A stretch of 63,947 nt of DNA, the filler included, from Kipferlia bialata (Eukaryota), in assembly GCA_003568945.1 (NCBI GenBank). It is 5 parts of 4 records of this genome, joined end to end, with 100 filler letters (N's around TTAATTAATTAA, not from the genome) between each part and the next. Parts side by side here need not be neighbours in the genome. Positions count along the whole stretch, not along the records: positions 60,785 to 63,947 come from BDIP01000458.1; 4 more parts are not named here. One strand, 5' to 3'. Under the pieces are notes generated by a model, which was given only the letters and a program-made list of their open reading frames with translations, was not told the DNA's origin and searched no databases. Every line of letters starts with the position of its first letter. Position 1 is the first letter of the stretch. The position numbers and the translations under genes are program-made. This document shows, piece by piece, positions 60,869 through 63,947 of the stretch.

Positions 60869-62598
60869 GCCATCGAACTCCTAGTGCCCCTCTTCCCTGA
60901 GCACACACTGTACTATGCCCCCGCCAAGGTAATCTCTCTCTCTCTCTCTGTCTCCCTCTCCCCCCCTCTCCCCCTCTTTCCCCCTCTCTCTCCATCTTGC
61001 TGTCAAATGAAGATATGGGACAACAGGCAGACTCTTTCCTTATGATATCTTTCCCTGCCTCTCTCTCCCGCTTCCTCTCTCTGTCATTACCAATGATATC
61101 CCGATCTTCTCATCCCATTTCCCCTCTTGTTCTCACTCTCTCAGGCAGATGTCAGAGACCCATTGGTATATCCCCCTCTCTTCTCTTAGTCTCACTCCCA
61201 CACTCTTCCTCCAATCTCTGCACATATATTCTCTCTTGTTCTCATTATCAGGCAGATGTCAGAGAGTGCCAACCCAAGACACTTCAGGTGATGCCTCTCG
61301 CCTATGTCTCTCTTAGCATCATGGGTGTCTATTCCTATACCCTTATTGTCATGTAGGGGGTGACAGCTCTCTCTCTCTCTCTCCCCCATGTTTATACAGC
61401 ATACATATAGATATATCCTCACCTCTAGACAGGAGGTAGCAACCCATCTCTCTCTCTATCTATACATATCCAAGTAACTATAACAATACCCTCACCTCTA
61501 GACAGGAGGTGTCAGCACTCAAGAGAGATCAGCTCTTCTCTCGCTGTCTTCCTATTTCTCTCTCTATACACCTCCAATATATGTATTAATATATATATGT
61601 ATCCTCACCTCTAGACAGGAGGTATCAGCACTGAAGAGAGAGCTGGCCGCACTCAAGACAGAGTCCATGGCATCGGACAGCAGGTATATTAATACATGAG
61701 GTGTATGTGTATGTATAGATGTGTATACGTATATAATACATTGGTGTATAATGATACTTTTTTGCATGTAGTGGCAGCACTCAAGACAGAGTCCGTGGCA
61801 TCGGACAGCAGGTATATACCTTGAATAATTAGTAGAGTGTCAATAGTGTATATGTATTGTGAACAATACACATTGTATATGTACTATATGTGTATATTAG
61901 GCCACACCACTTCTTCTGCTCTCACTCCAGGCACCGCCACATGACTGTGTCACTCAACCATCAGGTATGGAGACACATTCTGTATACGTATGTTCATTTG
62001 CAACATATATCTAAATATATATACTATTTGTGTGTTTTGTGTATATATTATGTATACTTGCCCCTCTTCACCCACGATTCTAACCCGCCAGCTCCAGGCA
62101 CTTCAGAAGCAGAACCATGACTTCCAGGAGGTATGAGACAACGCCCTCTATTTCTGTCAGAGACAACACCTTGTACTCTGTCACTACCTGCGTGTGTTCC
62201 TCATATACGTCCAATACCCAGTTTCCAGTCTGCTAATGTATTTCTTCAGATATATCTCGCGACAGCTTCCTCTACACCCGTATTCCAGACTGCCGAGCAC
62301 CTCCAGTTTGTCATTGCCAATCTCTCTCTCTCCTTCCCTCTACACCCTTAAATCAGACTGCTGAGCCCCTCCAGTCTGTCATTGCCAACACCTCTCTCTC
62401 TCTCTCTCTCTCTCTACACTCTTATATCAGACTGCTGAGCACCTCCAGTCTGTCATTGCCAACCTGAGGTCAAGGCTCAGGGAGACTCGGTACGACTCGT
62501 GTTTACAAACTAGAAACATTCTGTCTCTCTCACAGCCACTCTGCCAACGCCCTTATATCAGCAACGTGGCTGCTGCTGCCAAGGCCAGCTCTCTCTCT

Positions 62599-62636
<38 letters not shown>

Positions 62637-62680
62637 GTCTACACCCTTATTTCAGCAACGTGGCTGCTGCTGCCAAGGCC

Positions 62681-62718
<38 letters not shown>

Positions 62719-63947
62719 GTCTACACCCTTATTTCAGCCACGTGGCTGCTGCTGCCAAGGCCAGCTCTCTCTCTCTCCCTATCCCCCTCCCTCCCTTTGT
62801 CTCTCTCCTTGCCTACACCCTTATATCAGCAACGTGGCTGCTGCTGCCAAGGCCAGGGCTGACACTGCAGAGTCCCTGGCAGAGAGGAGGAGGTGTGTAT
62901 GTATGTATATATGTATATATGTGTAACACAATAGATGTCTATATATATAGAATGAGAGAGAGGGCTGACACCGCAGAGACACTGGCAGAGAGGAGGAGGT
63001 ATGGTTGTATATACACACATGTATATGTATGTATATTTATGTGTCTATAGTAGAATGACATTATATATGACTATTCACCCCTTTCTGACTGTAGGCTGGC
63101 CCTGCAGGGTAACGGTATGTTTGTGAGTGTACTTACACAGAGAAAGGCACATGACTTGGAAAGAGAGTAGTATCATTCGTTAAACTGTAAAGAGTTCACC
63201 CCAGGCTTGCACTGCAGGGGGAGAAGAACAACGAGTCAGTGCGCAACCAGGCACATGGGTGAGTAGTATTGTAGATATGTATGTATAAACGTAATAGTAT
63301 ATATTCATATGTGAGGACCATATACTATTTTGTAGTTGTAACAACGAGTCAGTGCGCAACCATGCACATGAGTGAGTGATGTATTGTAATTCTTGGAACA
63401 TTCTCTATGTATAAGAGTGTCTAGAGTAAAGTGATATTGAGGTTGTAACTAACCTCATCAACTCACCCTCTCAGCCGCTATGAGCAGGTCCTTGCCTCCC
63501 AGCTCAAGAAGGTGACCACAGAGAAGAAGGTAATATACACGGTGACTCATTCTCTGCCTCTCCATATATAGATATATGTATGTATATATATATATGTGTG
63601 TGTGTGTGCGTATGTGTGTGTGTGTGGGTGTGTCTGAGTTTAACTGATTGCAAGAAAAACTTCCGGTCAAGGCCCTTGCCCAGGAGTGCTCCTCCATGTC
63701 CACCCTTATTCTGCTTTTCTCTCTCTCTCACTCTCTCTATCAGTCTCTCCCTACGTGTGTATAACATTCAGGCCCTTGCCCAGGAGTGCTCCTCCATGTC
63801 CACTGAGTGCTCACAGCTCAGAGCTGCACTGAAGGTATTGGGTCTACTTTAGTACATATATTCAACGTATACGTATATATCTTCTTATGTATAGGTAGCC
63901 CAGGCCGAGACCCACCGCACCAGACATCTCTCTCTCTCTCTCTCTCT
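60869..63947 (+). CDS. Coiled-coil protein, multi-exon, partial at both ends
   Basis: Short exons QEVSALKRELAALKTES, LQALQKQNHDFQE, TAEHLQSVIANLRSRLRE, RYEQVLASQLKK and ALAQECSSMSTECSQLRAALK show heptad character. Confidence 0.65.

Overview
Eukaryotic, very intron-rich genomic DNA with (TA)n/(GA)n-filled introns and GT-AG splicing. The style resembles a free-living fornicate protist such as Kipferlia; this is inference only. The window is five pieces joined by artificial N-TTAATTAATTAA-N linkers (about 21.8, 43.7, 53.6 and 60.7 kb), so adjacency across them is not biological. Hand-spliced genes, in order: a large WD40-like protein (-); a ~2,550-aa, 20-exon fusion of CBM48, 2x CCCH, a degenerate DEAH helicase, HA2/OB, RRM/KH-like segments, RING-IBR and a Ser/Thr kinase (+); an Aa_trans amino-acid transporter (-); two tandem ARM-repeat paralogs, one with RING-H2, plus an orphan first exon (+); a Kelch protein (-); 6-phosphogluconate dehydrogenase (-) head-to-head with the start of G6PD (+); a TGS-domain protein (-); an SLC12 cation-chloride cotransporter (+); and unknown and coiled-coil genes. 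The most striking signal is that many introns contain multiple partial copies ('echoes') of the flanking exon ends together with their splice sites. These echoes differ from the real exon mostly at synonymous codon positions.
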